64,000 nucleotides of DNA, taken from Octopus vulgaris (taxonomy: Eukaryota). The first letter of the stretch is position 1. The number at the start of each line of letters is the position of its first letter. Shown here in pieces: positions 1 through 11,996 of the stretch. The notes under the pieces were generated by a model that was given only the letters and a program-made list of their open reading frames with translations, was not told the DNA's origin and ran no database searches. The stretch spans positions 72,416,001 to 72,480,000 of the forward strand of contig OX597827.1 of the NCBI GenBank assembly GCA_951406725.2, written 5' to 3'. The translations under genes and the position numbers were made by a program.

Positions 1-213
1 ACAACACCTCTGGGATAGTTGTCCATGCAATGTGTCAATATCACAGTGTCAGTATATGAGTAAATGTCAACACCATTGACTGAAGTGTCTATAAAAATTA
101 AATGTGGACATCACAGTGTCAGCATAAGAACAGGTGTTGACATCATTGAGTGAGGTATCTCTGTGTCTGAAGATACAAACATATAAGTCTATGAAAATAA
201 TTCTATAAAAGTA

Positions 214-579
214 CCGGGGTTTTCCGAAAATCTGCCCATCCATTAGATCGCCCATAGGCGTTTATTTGGATGGGCAGTTATTTGTGGTTAAAAGTTGGAA
301 CATAGTGTTCTTGTTTGCATTCTGCTTAGATGCTCATTTGCTCTACATCTGTAGATAAATTCAAAGGATTTATTATTCTCAATAATGGAGTCAAAAGAAA
401 ATACATCAAAATGTGTTGAACAATCATATGCCATTAGTGAAAAATTGAGTGCTATTAAACATCCATATTACTGCCCATGGGCACTTATTATAGGTGGGCA
501 GTTACTTAAGCCAAAAAATAGTTTTGTAAAATAGAATTTTCCATTTAAAATCCCTGGGTGGATTTTCAGAAAACCCCGG
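214..579. mobile_element. Tc1/mariner-type MITE
   Basis: About 25-bp TIRs ccggggttttccgaaaatctgccca / tgggtggattttcagaaaaccccgg, flanked by TA at 212-213 and 580-581. Confidence 0.75.
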
Positions 580-910
580 TATGACCTAAAATAAGAAAGG
601 ATGGTCACTCTTGAACATAGGTCAAACAATAGAAACCTTGATGCCATCTACATAGATCAAAGTTTTGCACATTAACAGTTATTAGCAGGATGTGAGAATG
701 AAATATTTAGTACTGAATTGAAGGGGTGGTACCTGGACATACAGTCAGGGTGGTGAAATAAGTTTCATCCAGTAGAACTGACCAAGTTTACGCCTGACCC
801 CAACAACAATACTGACATTAGCATTAGCATTAAAGTACAGGTACAATACTAAGAACATTATATTAGTGTGTTGTTTGAAGGAGTCGGCTTATAAACGTGA
901 ATGTACTCAC

Positions 911-956
911 CTGGAGAAGGACAAAGTAAGCTTTTAGATCATCGATGCTGTGGATT
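911..956 (-). CDS. HECTD2: HECTD2-like exon (IHSIDDLKAYFVLLQ); gene continues beyond position 1
   Basis: ttcttcacccag|A...CAG|gtgagt, 46 nt, phase 2 to 0. Resembles human KDDLRAYFILLQ. The next expected exon (NPQF...) was not found in 1-910. Confidence 0.92.
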
Positions 957-1115
957 CTGGGTGAAGAATACAAAAAATAGAAAACACAGATTAAGGGTCA
1001 TATTTATCTGTGTGTGTGTGAGTGTGTGTGTGTGTGTGAGAGTGAGTGTGTGTGTGTGAGTGTGTGTGAGTGTGTGTGAGTGTGTGTGTGAATGTGCGTG
1101 TGTGAGTGTGTGTGA

Positions 1116-1152
<37 letters not shown>

Positions 1153-1450
1153 TGAATGTGTGTGTGTGTGTGTGTGTGTATCTCTTCTCTACTTTTATAA
1201 AAAGCAAAGTTTGTTTGTGTGTTGACCGCTGAAAACACTAAACAAAATTGATAAAATTTCAGGTTTTTCGTGTTGTTTAAATTGATTTGATCATTTTGCA
1301 GATAACTGTGCATCATCATCATCAACATCATCATCATCATCATCATTGTCGTCGTTGTCGTTGTCATCATCATAATTGTCATCATCATCATCATCGTTGT
1401 TATCTCCGTTGTCGTTGTTGCCGTCGTTGTCATCGTCGTCATCATAATTG

Positions 1451-1484
<34 letters not shown>

Positions 1485-2042
1485 TGTTGCCATCGTCGTT
1501 GCCATCATCATAATTGTCATCATCATCATGATCGTCATCATTGTTGTTGTCATCGTCGTTGTCATCATCGTCATCATAATTGTCATCATCATCATCATCG
1601 TCGTCGTCATCATCATCATCGTCGTCATCATCATCGTCGTCGTTGTCATCATCATCATCATTACCACCACCACCACCACCACCACCACCACCACCACCAC
1701 TACCACAACCACTACCGTCATTATCATTTAACATTCGTTTTCCATACTGGCATGGGTTGGGACGGCTTGACAGGAACTGGCAAGACCAGGGGCCAGGAGC
1801 CACACCAGGTTCTATAGTCAGTCTTGGCTCCGTTTCTACAGCTGGAGGCCCATCCTAATGCCAAGCATTTTACAGAGTATACCGTGTGCTTTTCACATGG
1901 TGCCAACACTTTATGCGGCACCATCACCGATGATGACCACAGAAACAACATACCAGTAATAACAATCAGAATTGGCATCACAGCCCTTCTCACACTTTGG
2001 TCGACCCTGTCACCCCACAGCAAGGACACACTGTACGCTTAC

Positions 2043-2104
2043 CTTCTATCTTTCAACAGACAACTTATGATGGACTTCAGGATTAATTTCTGCAGATCTG
2101 TTGG
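2043..2104 (-). CDS. HECTD2: HECTD2-like exon (PTDLQKLILKSIISCLLKDRR)
   Basis: tttattatttacag|CCA...GAAG|gtaagc, 62 nt, phase 0 to 2. Resembles human PQDVQKTVLKGIINSLLREWK. Confidence 0.92.
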
Positions 2105-2141
2105 CTGTAAATAATAAAGAGATACAAGTAAGTTGTACGCA

Positions 2142-3560
2142 CACAAAGACACATACACATTTACATTTAAAGACACATACACATTTACATTTAAAGACAC
2201 ATACACATTTACATTTAAAGACACATACACATTTACATTTAAAGACACATACACATTTACATTTAAAGGCACATACACATTTACATTTAAAGACACATAC
2301 ACATTTACATTTAAAGGCACATACACATTTACATTTAAAGACACATACACATTTACATTTAAAGACACATACACATTTACATTTAAAGACACATACACAT
2401 TTACATTTAAAGACACATACACATTTACATTTAAAGACACATACACATTTACATTTAAAGACACATACACATTTACATTTAAAGACACATACACATTTAC
2501 ATTTAAAGACACATACACATTTACATTTAAAGACACATACACATTTACATTTAAAGACACATACACATTTACATTTAAAGACACATACACATTTACATTT
2601 AAAGACACATACACATTTACATTTAAAGACACATACACATTTACATTTAAAGACACATACACATTTACATTTAAAGACACATACACATTTACATTTAAAG
2701 ACACATACACATTTACATTTAAAGACACATACACATTTACATTTAAAGGCACATACACATTTACATTTAAAGACACATACACATTTACATTTAAAGACAC
2801 ATACACATTTACATTTAAAGACACATACACATTTACATTTAAAGACACATACACATTTACATTTAAAGACACATACACATTTACATTTAAAGACACATAC
2901 ACATTTACATTTAAAGACACATACACATTTACATTTAAAGACACATACACATTTACATTTAAAGACACATACACATTTACATTTAAAGACACATACACAT
3001 TTACATTTAAAGGCACATACACATTTACATTTAAAGGCACATACACATTTACATTTAAAGGTCACATACACATTTACATTTAAAGACACATACACATTTA
3101 CATTTAAAGACACATACACATTTACATTTAAAGACACATACACATTTACATTTAAAGGCACATACACATTTACATTTAAAGGCACATACACATTTACATT
3201 TAAAGACACATACACATTTACATTTAAAGGCACATACACATTTACATTTAAAGGCACATACACATTTACATTTAAAGACACATACACATTTACATTTAAA
3301 GACACATACACATTTACATTTAAAGACACATACACATTTACATTTAAAGGCACATACACATTTACATTTAAAGGCACATACACATTTACATTTAAAGACA
3401 CATACACATTTACATTTAAAGGCACATACACATTTACATTTAAAGGCACATACACATTTACATTTAAAGACACATACACATTTACATTTAAAGACACATA
3501 CACATTTACATTTAAAGGCACATACACATTTACATTTAAAGACACATACACATTTACATA
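2142..3560. repeat. 24-bp minisatellite (aagacacatacacatttacattta), about 59 copies
   Basis: Near-perfect array with one A/G variant site and a single 1-nt insertion near 3061. Confidence 0.98.
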
Positions 3561-4333
3561 CAGACTCTGATATATGCATACACATGCACACAAACACTCA
3601 TATATATAATGTATGTATAAATAAGCATACGTGTTCATGCATGTGTGTGTATTGTATGTATGTGTATGTATGTATGTTTGTGTGAGTGTGTGTGTGTGTG
3701 TATGTATATGTATGTGTGTGTGAGCGTGTGTGTATGTAAGTATATGTATGTGTGTGTGTGAGTGTGTGTGAGTGTTTGTATGTATATGTATGTGTGTGTG
3801 AGTGTATGTGAGTGTATATGGGTATATGTGTGTGTGTGAGTGTGTGTGTATTTGTGTGTGTGTATTTGTATCTGTGTAGGAGGAAGGCAAGAGACAGATG
3901 CATGTATGATAGAAAGGTGGAAAAAAAATAAAAGAAACAATTAACAGAGAAGCAGAGAGTGAGAAAGATACACACACACACACACACACACGTATATATC
4001 TATATTAATCAAAGTATACAGAATTATATATCCAATACAGCTGATCTTACCAATTGCTTTTACATTAGGGGTTCAATGAGATGTTAGATAACATCCCGGT
4101 TATGTAACCTTGTACTCTTCAGAGATGGCAGTTATATAATATATATATATATATATACAGAGAGAGAGAGAGAAATAAATTGATAGATAGTTAGATGGAG
4201 ATAGAGAGAGGGAGGGAAGGAGTGAGAGGAGAGAAAAGGAGAGACAGAAGGGGAGAGAGAGAAAGAGAGAGAAGAACGAGAATTGTTAAGAAAGAAAGAC
4301 AAAAAGATTAAATGAAGTGCGTTACCCACACAC

Positions 4334-4429
4334 CAAGTCAGAAAGAAGGTCGTATGTGACATCAATCATATCTTGGTCCAAACAGGTTCCTTTGACGTTG
4401 GAAAACTTCTTTTCATCTTGATCCTTTTC
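4334..4429 (-). CDS. HECTD2: HECTD2-like exon (EKDQDEKKFSNVKGTCLDQDMIDVTYDLLSDL)
   Basis: aacag|GAA...TTG|gtgtgt, 96 nt, phase 0 to 0. It fills the position of the human segment ...FVNAVYDTLLNT between two well-matched exons. Confidence 0.85.
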
Positions 4430-4824
4430 CTGTTATGATTGTCATTGCCGCAGTGGTGGTGATAGCATTGATGGTGGAGGTGGTGGCATTGAAGTGGCGA
4501 TGGTGTTGGTGGTGTTGGTGGTGGTAGCATGGAGAGAAAAGAAAGAATGAGTAAGCAACAGTGACTGGGTACAAGGGTTTATATTTTTGGTAGCAATTGT
4601 AGAATGACAAACGAGAGTATTTAGTCCTTTCATCTTTGTAGATTTATTTTAAGTGTTGTATTTTCTGAACAATGAGTGCAGGTATGGAATGACACAGACA
4701 TGTGTGTGTGTATCTATCTATTTATCTATCTTCACACACACACACACACACACACAAATAGCTAGATAGATAGATAGATTGATAGATATACTCATAAATA
4801 TAGCAGTGTTGTAACATAATGAAC

Positions 4825-5245
4825 AGGAGTGGCTGTGTGGTAAGTAGCTTGTTTACCAACCACACGGTTCTGGGTTCAGTCCCACTGTGTGGCACCTTGG
4901 GCAAGTATCTTCTACTATAGCCTCGGGCCGACCAAAGCCTTGTGAGTGGATTTGGTAGACGGAAACTGAAAGAAGCCCGTCGTATGTATGTATATATATA
5001 TATATATGCGTGTGTGTGTTTGTGTGTCTGTGTTTGTCCCCCTAGCATTGCTTGACAAGCGATGCTGGTGTGTTTATGTCCCCGTTACTTAGCGGTTCGG
5101 CAAAAGATACCGATAGAATAAGTACTGGGCTTACAAAAGAATAAGTCCCGGGGTCGAGTTGCTCGTTTAAAGGCGGTGCTCCAGCATAGCTGCAGTCATA
5201 TGACTGAAACAAGTAAAAGAGTAAAAGAGTAAAAGAGTAAAAGAG
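4825..5245 (+). mobile_element. Major tRNA-derived SINE family A (about 420 bp, internal (TA)n(TG)n, (AAAAGAGT)n tail)
   Basis: Pol III A-box-like TGGCTGTGTGG, B-box-like GGTTCAGTCC and ccttgggcaagt core. More than 20 full or partial copies in the window. Confidence 0.9.
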
Positions 5246-5303
5246 ACTACACTTCAGAAGATTTTATGGCAGGACCTCCGTTTGTTTCTTTTGAATCCCT
5301 ATT

Positions 5304-5382
<79 letters not shown>

Positions 5383-5649
5383 TTCTTGTACACACATACA
5401 CTCACACACATATACACACTCACACACACTCACACATACACACATATACTCACACAGAGTTGAAACGCTGTTTGACTTTTCTTTTCAGCGTTGAATGTTC
5501 ACCATCCCATTTCCATTGCACAAACACACACACACACATTCACATACCTCCCTTTTCCATACACACACATATACATACACAGAGTTGAAACGCTGTTACA
5601 TTCTTTTTTTTCACCATAGAATTTCTATCATCCCACTTCCAGTTTGCCA

Positions 5650-6090
5650 TCACCCCTCACTTTCTTATTCATCTATCACCTCTCCCTTCCTTATTCATCT
5701 ATTACCCCCTCCCTTCCTTATTCATCTATCACCCCTCCCTTTCTTATTCATCTATCACCCCTCCCTTCCTTATTCATCTATCACCCCTTCCTTCCTTATT
5801 CATCTATCACCTCTGCCTTCCTTATTCATCTATCACCCCTCCCTTCCTTATTCATCTATCACCCCTCCCTTCCTTATTCATCTATCACCCCTCCCTTCCT
5901 TATTCATCTATCACCCCTTCCTTCCTTATTCATCTATCACCCCTCCCTTCCTTATTCATCTATCACCCCCTCCCTTCCTTATTCATCTATCACCTCTCCC
6001 TTCCTTATTCATCTATCACCCCTCCCTTCCTTATTCATCTATCACCCCTTCCTTCCTTATTCATCTATCACCCCTTCCTTTCTCATTCAT
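5650..6090. repeat. 26-bp pyrimidine-rich minisatellite (ttattcatctatcacccctcccttcc), about 16 copies
   Basis: Direct inspection. Confidence 0.95.
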
Positions 6091-6246
6091 GTTATGACAG
6101 AAAAAACCCAAGAATATTATTATAGTTGATAATGAAACCTGTTTGTTTAATTCAAACCACAATCTTCCAAAATGACCCTCCTGGGTTCAATCTCACAGAA
6201 AACTAAATAGAAGTGGATCTTTGTAATTTATTTCTATAAAACTTAC

Positions 6247-6349
6247 CTTTAATACAAACACAATATTTTCAAATGATTCAAATAGAGTGAGGTAAAATTC
6301 CTTCAGCTCCTGCCAACTGCCGCTGCTTTTACCCACATAGAACATCTCC
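6247..6349 (-). CDS. HECTD2: HECTD2-like exon (EMFYVGKSSGSWQELKEFYLTLFESFENIVFVLK)
   Basis: cccag|G...AAG|gtaagt, 103 nt, phase 2 to 0. The peptide resembles the human HECTD2 segment KSSGDWKAVHDFYLTTFDSF (recalled from memory, not aligned by software). Confidence 0.92.
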
Positions 6350-6537
6350 CTGGGTAAGATATGAGCAGAAAAGAAAAAACCTTTTAGATGAACGGAAATA
6401 AGGGACAGGGATAAAATACTTGCTGGGGTGTGTTGAATTATGGGTAAATGGATCATTGTCTTGGTTTGTGCTTTGAGTTCTTTGAAAGGGGTCATAGTGA
6501 TGTTATAATGACATTTTTAGATTTGGTAGGACCCTAA

Positions 6538-6708
6538 TGCGCAGGAGTGGCTGTGTGGTAAGTAGCTTGCTAACAAACCACATGGTTCCGGGTTCAATCC
6601 CACTGCGTGGCATCTTGGGCAAATGTCTTCTGCTATAGCCCCGGGCCGACCAATGCCTTGTGAGTGGATTTGGTAGATGGAAACTGAAAGAAGCCTGTCG
6701 TATATATG

Positions 6709-6739
<31 letters not shown>

Positions 6740-6970
6740 GTGTGTGTGTGTGTTTGTGTGTCTGTGTTTGTCCCCCTGGCATTGCTTGACAACCGATGCT
6801 GGTGTGTTTACGTCCCCGTCACTTAGCGGTTCGGCAAAAGAGACCGATAAAATAAGTACTGGGCTTACAAAGAATAAGTCCCGGGGTCGATTTGCTCGAC
6901 TAAAGGCGGTGCTCCAGCATGGCCGCAGTCAAATGACTGAAACAAGTAAAAGAGTAAAGAGTAAAGAGTA
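6538..6970 (+). mobile_element. SINE family A copy
   Basis: Full-length match to 4825-5245. Confidence 0.9.
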
Positions 6971-7699
6971 ATGCATTCTAGAGCTGATTTTAACAAATGA
7001 TTTCTTTCAGAAAGAGAGACAGACAGAAAGAAAAGGTGGAAGAAGGAAAAGAAATGACCGCAATATATGACTGGTATTCTATTTAGCAACCATGAAAGGA
7101 TGAAAGGTTAGAAAAAAAAAAGCTGACTTTAGTGGGATTTGAACTCACAGTACAGAGAACCAGAATGATTACCACAAAGCAATCTAGCTGATACTCAAGT
7201 GACTGCATGTTTTAAGGGATATCTTATCACAAAGCCACATGTACGCATGTGAGTTCATGTGGTAATATATTTTATTTCATTTTTATTTTATTTTTTTTTA
7301 TACTTTTATACTTTTACCTGTTTCAGTCATTAGACTGTGGCCATGCTGGGGCACCACCTCGAAGAATATTTAGTCGGATGAATTGACCCCAGTACTGAAT
7401 TTTTTATTTTTGCTAAGCCTGGTACTTATTCTATCATTCTCTTTTGCTGAACTGCTAAGTTATGGGAACATGAACACACCAATGCCGGTTGTCAAGCGAT
7501 AGAGGAGGACAAACATAGACACACACACACGACAGGATTCTTTCAGTTTCTGCCTACCAAATCCACTCACAAAGTGTCAGACAGTGGAACTGAACCCAGA
7601 ACCATATGGTTAGGAAGCAAGCTTCTTACCACTCAGTCGCATCACAATTTCTTAAGAGTCATGCCAGTATTTACGATGGCAGAAGTGAGAAGGGATTAT

Positions 7700-8181
7700 T
7701 TAACCCTTTGGTTACCAACCCAGCTGAAACCGGCTCTGGATCTGTACTACAAATGTTTCCTTTTCATATGTTTTGAATTAAAATCTTCCACCAAACCTTA
7801 GTCACAATTTATGTTCCTAACACTAGCTGAATGATAACTAAGTTATTTTACTAAATTCTTTGTTATATTTAAAATTAATTGAAAGAAACTCAGAGCATCT
7901 CAAAATAAATGCAGTAACGAAAGGGTTAAAATATATAATAGAGAAACAATTCTTAACCCTTTTGATAGCAACCCAGCTGAAACCGGCTCTGGCTCTGTAA
8001 TACAAATGTCTTGTTTTCATAAGTTTTGAATTAAAATCTTCCACCAAACCTTAGTCACAAGTTATGTTCCTAACACTAGCTTAATGATAACTAAGTTATT
8101 TTACTAAATTTTTTGTTATATTTAAAGTAATTGAAAGAAACTCAGAGCACCTCAAAATAAATATGGTAATGAAAGGGTTAA
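7700..8181. mobile_element. piggyBac-type MITE tandem dimer
   Basis: Each unit is TTAA CCCTTT...AAAGGG TTAA (about 230 bp), with a 23-bp spacer aatatataatagagaaacaattc. Confidence 0.85.
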
Positions 8182-8629
8182 GTAACTCGGTCTGAACAAG
8201 TCAATTAATCAATTTGTTCATCAAAGTTCTTTTATTGCCTTTCATGATCCCATCAGTGAAAAATCCTTGTTACGCCAGGTTGATCACGTTTGGATACATT
8301 GACCAATGGCTATGAAAGGACACCGACAAACCAGTTGATAGCCTGAATTATTGAGCTAACAATTAACAAAGCAATTCATTTGTTCACCGGTTAATTAATT
8401 AGCTAGTTGATTAATGATAATTGCTTCTAATTTAGACACAAGAACAACAATTTTATGTGGGGGCTTATTGATTATATAGGCTATCAATACTTGACCAGTA
8501 TATTTTATTGACTCTCAAAGGAATGGAATGCAAAGTTGACCATTGATCTCAGAAGGATTTGGAATAAAAAGAACTGGGGCGGTGTGTGTGTATGTGTGTA
8601 TGCGTGCGTGTCTGTCTGTTGTGCTAATG

Positions 8630-9050
8630 ATTCTTATTTCTCTATTACCCACAAGGAGCTAAACAGAGGGGAAAAACAAGGACAAACAGACGGATTAAGT
8701 CGATTACATCAACCCCAGTGCATAACTGGTACCTAATTTATTGACTCCGAAAGGATGAAAGGCAAAGTCGACCTCGGCGGAATATGAACTCAGAACATAA
8801 CAGCAGACGAAATACCTATTTCTTTACTGCCCATAAGGGGCTAAACACAGAGAGGACAAACAAGGACAGACAAAGGGATTAAGTCAATTATATCGACCCC
8901 AGTGTGTAACTGGTACTTAATTTATCGACCCCGAAAGGATGAAAGGCAAAGTCGACCTCGGCGGAATTTGAACTCACAATGTAATGCAGACGAAATACCG
9001 CTAAGCATTTCACCCGGCATGCTAACATTTCTGCCAGCTTGCCGTTTTTG
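8630..9050 (-). mobile_element. SINE family B, tandem dimer of body
   Basis: Two units of about 185 bp with a single head. Confidence 0.85.
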
Positions 9051-9355
9051 CTAGCTTGCGACCTTAAAGGGTGTTATATATTAGTAACAAGAGGAATAAA
9101 TAATATATGATTGAAGCTTAGATACTAATATCTGTCTATGTAGCTAAGTAGCTAGTTAGTTACATACATAGATATTAAGCTTACTGGCTAACTGAATGCT
9201 TAGCCAGCTAGACGGTTAGCTAAGCAGCTGGGTAGAAAGAAGGGGTAGCTACATCTGAAGAAGGGAGATAAGGAGATAGGGAAGCAAATAAAAGACTTGA
9301 TAAAGAGGACTTGATAAATAAAGAAGATGAAAGATGAAAGTAATGAGACAAGGTG

Positions 9356-9395
<40 letters not shown>

Positions 9396-9454
9396 GAAGA
9401 GAGAGAGAAAGAGGGGGAGAGGGTTCAGCTAGATAGATATTAAATTAAACATAG

Positions 9455-9850
9455 GTGCAGGAGTGGCTGTGTGGTAAGTAGCTTGCTTACCGACCACATG
9501 GTTATGGGTTCAGTCCCACTGCGTGGCACCTTGGGCAAGTGTTTTCTATTATAGCCTTGGGCCGACCATAGCCTTGCGAATGGATTTGGAAGACGGAAAC
9601 TGAAAGAAGCCCGTCATATATATGTATATATATATATGTGTGTGTGTATATGTTTGTATGTCTGTGTTTGTCCCTCCCCAATATCGCTTGACAGCCAATG
9701 CTGGTGTGTTTACGCTCCCGTAACTGAGTGGTTCGGCAAAAGAGACTGACAGAGTTAGTACTAGGCTTACAAAAGAATAAGTCCTGGGGTCGATTTGCTC
9801 CAGCATGGCCGCAGTCAATTGACTGAAACAAGTAAAAAGCTAAAAGAATA
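9455..9850 (+). mobile_element. SINE family A copy
   Basis: Match with a small deletion in the 3' half. Confidence 0.85.
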
Positions 9851-9876
9851 AATGGAGCAGGATGAAAAATTTAGAT

Positions 9877-10528
9877 CAGCGATTCTCAACCCTTTTTTTC
9901 CCCCCCAAGGACCCTTTGGTTCCTAGTTTATTTGAGTGGACCCTCATAGCAATTCAATGCTTAAAAAAATTCTATTATGATTAATAGGAATTCACAGAAA
10001 TAATTTATTCTCAAACACATGATTATGCTAATACAATAGCATGAACAGGATAAACTATCCATATATTTATTTCTTTATTGCCAACAGGGGGCTAAACATA
10101 GAGGGGACAAACAAGGGCAGACAAAGGGATTAAGTCGATGACATCGACCCCAGTGATTAACTAGTACGTATTTAATCGATCCTGAAAGGATGAAAGGCAA
10201 AGTCGACCTTGGTGGAATTTGAACTCAGAACGTAAAGACAGATGAAATACTGCTTGGCATTTCACTCGGCGTGCAAACGTTTCTGCCAGCTCGCCGCCTT
10301 AAACTATCCATATATTGCAGAAAAAATTGTTATCGGCCAAACGCTTCTGAAGCAAGCTTTGTTTATTTTCATGATAAATTAAATTTAATTGGATTTATAT
10401 TAAAAAAAAAAATTGTTAAAATATTTTGTGTTTTGAAGAAATATAACCAGTTTATTGCACATAAATTTTAACAACAAAATCTTATGTAGAATCCTAAGGG
10501 TGATGTGGAATCCAGATGGGAACCACTG
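9877..10528. mobile_element. hAT (Charlie-like) MITE hosting a SINE
   Basis: TIR-like ends cagcgattctc / gggaaccactg and an imperfect 8-bp TSD atttagat / atttaggc. Related ends at about 14400-14555 and 44408-46325. Confidence 0.6.
10068..10299 (-). mobile_element. tRNA-derived SINE family B monomer with 17-bp TSD
   Basis: Head ggcggcgagctggcagaa...gagttcaaattcc. TSD taaactatccatatatt at 10051-10067 and 10300-10316. Confidence 0.9.
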
Positions 10529-10580
10529 ATTTAGGCAATAAAAAAACAAAACAAAACAATGAAAAAGAAGGTTGAAATAC

Positions 10581-11074
10581 CTGAGAGATTCAGGCGTTCT
10601 CTCTGATACATAGCGTAGCTGTCTTGCCTTCATCACTGTTGGACTGTGACGATATTGTGATGCATTGCCACCATCTTCATTGTTTTCCTTTCCTTCTTCA
10701 GAGATGCCTGCTTGTGCTGACCCTGTGAGGCTGGCATGGTCAGTGATCTCTTTTGGATTGACATCCTTTTCTTTTGAAAGAAACAAACTCTTTTCTGAGT
10801 GTGGCCGAATTGGAGGAAGAATTTCGGCGCCCTTCTGGCCCCGTCGCCGGCGTCGCATACGATTCTGGCGAGACGTGCCATTGATGTTGTCGGGGCTGCC
10901 TGCTGTCTGTTGGTCATAGCATACCTTCGATGGAGAGTTTGAAGTCAACGTCAGGCTTGGAGAGGTCACTGATTGGTGACGGGAGTGCAGGCGTGGCGGC
11001 AGGGCGCTCCGAAAGAGGCTGGACAACATGTGAAGACGTCCACGAGGAGGAGGAGGTGGAGGAGGAGCAGGAGG
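10581..11074 (-). CDS. HECTD2: HECTD2-like E3 ubiquitin ligase, large N-terminal coding exon (PPAPPPPPPPRGRLHMLSSLFRS...SERTPESLR)
   Basis: Polypyrimidine-rich acceptor (ttttctaatacctgatgtatttccag|CCT) and donor CTCAG|gtattt. 494 nt open, phase 0 to 2, and splices in frame to exon 6349-6247. Confidence 0.8.
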
Positions 11075-11590
11075 CTGGAAATACATCAGGTATTAGAAAA
11101 AAAATGACAGAAAAGCAAAAAAAAAAATCTGGTGGATGTTATTAACACAAAATAAGTTCAAATACAAAATTATGCAAGTTCATGTAAATAAATAATGTTT
11201 TCTCAGCTTGGTAATCCATAACATGGACTGGTTCTGTTTGTAGATGGTATCGACTGGTTCAGGGATAAACAAATCATGGAGATATCAACTGAATAAATAC
11301 ACAATGAAGTGGACAGAGCAGATAAGTGTTGTAAATGGAAACCGGAACACAGACAGTAGATGTGAGCAGGAGAAATAAATACAATCTTTGCGATCTGTTC
11401 ATAGAGATTTGACAGATGAAATCCTGTAATGATTGACTGTTAGAGCAACAGCACATCACCATGGACTCAGTCTAGACATGGTTGCTGAGCTTGTTTGATG
11501 TCCAATGGTTAAATGTAAGATGTTTGTGTCAAGTAGAGAGACAGGATCACTTAATGGCAATTGAGCAATTATAATGCATATATGGTGCTT

Positions 11591-11996
11591 AGGCGTAGGA
11601 GTGGCTGTGTGGTAAGTAGCTTGCTAACCAACCACATGGTTCCGGGTTCGGTCCCACTACGTGGCATCTTGGGGCAAGTGTCTTCTGCTATAGCCCCGGG
11701 CCGACCAATGCCTTGTGAGTGGATTTGGTAGACGGAAACTGAAAGAAGCCTGTCGTATATACGTATATGTATATATATGTATGTGTGTGTTTGTGTGTCT
11801 GTGTTTGTTCCCCTAGCATTGCTTGACAACCGATGCTGGTGTGTTTACGTCCCTGTCACTTAGCGGCTCGGCAAAAGAGACCGATAGAATAAGTACTGGG
11901 CTTACAAAGAATAAGTCCCGGGGTCGATTTGCTTGACTAAAGGCGGTGCTCCAGCATGGCCGCAGTCAAATGACTGAAACAAGTAAAAGAGTAAAA
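11591..11996 (+). mobile_element. SINE family A copy
   Basis: Full-length match. Confidence 0.9.

Noticed and set aside
41-170. Possible next HECTD2 exon after the acceptor-like tatcttcag
   Set aside because: The translation does not resemble the expected NPQF... segment, and the region is a degenerate direct repeat of about 71 bp.
2142-3560. CRISPR-like regular array
   Set aside because: No unique spacers, no cas genes, and a eukaryotic intron context.
2039-3989. 300-650 aa ORFs (CVCVFKCK, TYTFTFKD, HLHLKTHT repeats)
   Set aside because: They are translations of the 24-bp satellite, open in several frames on both strands. Only 2043-2104 is a real exon.
4051-4116. Possible minus-strand exon ending TTG|gtaaga
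   Set aside because: It has a stop in the phase required by HECTD2 and a weak acceptor, and 4429-4334 already supplies the expected peptide.
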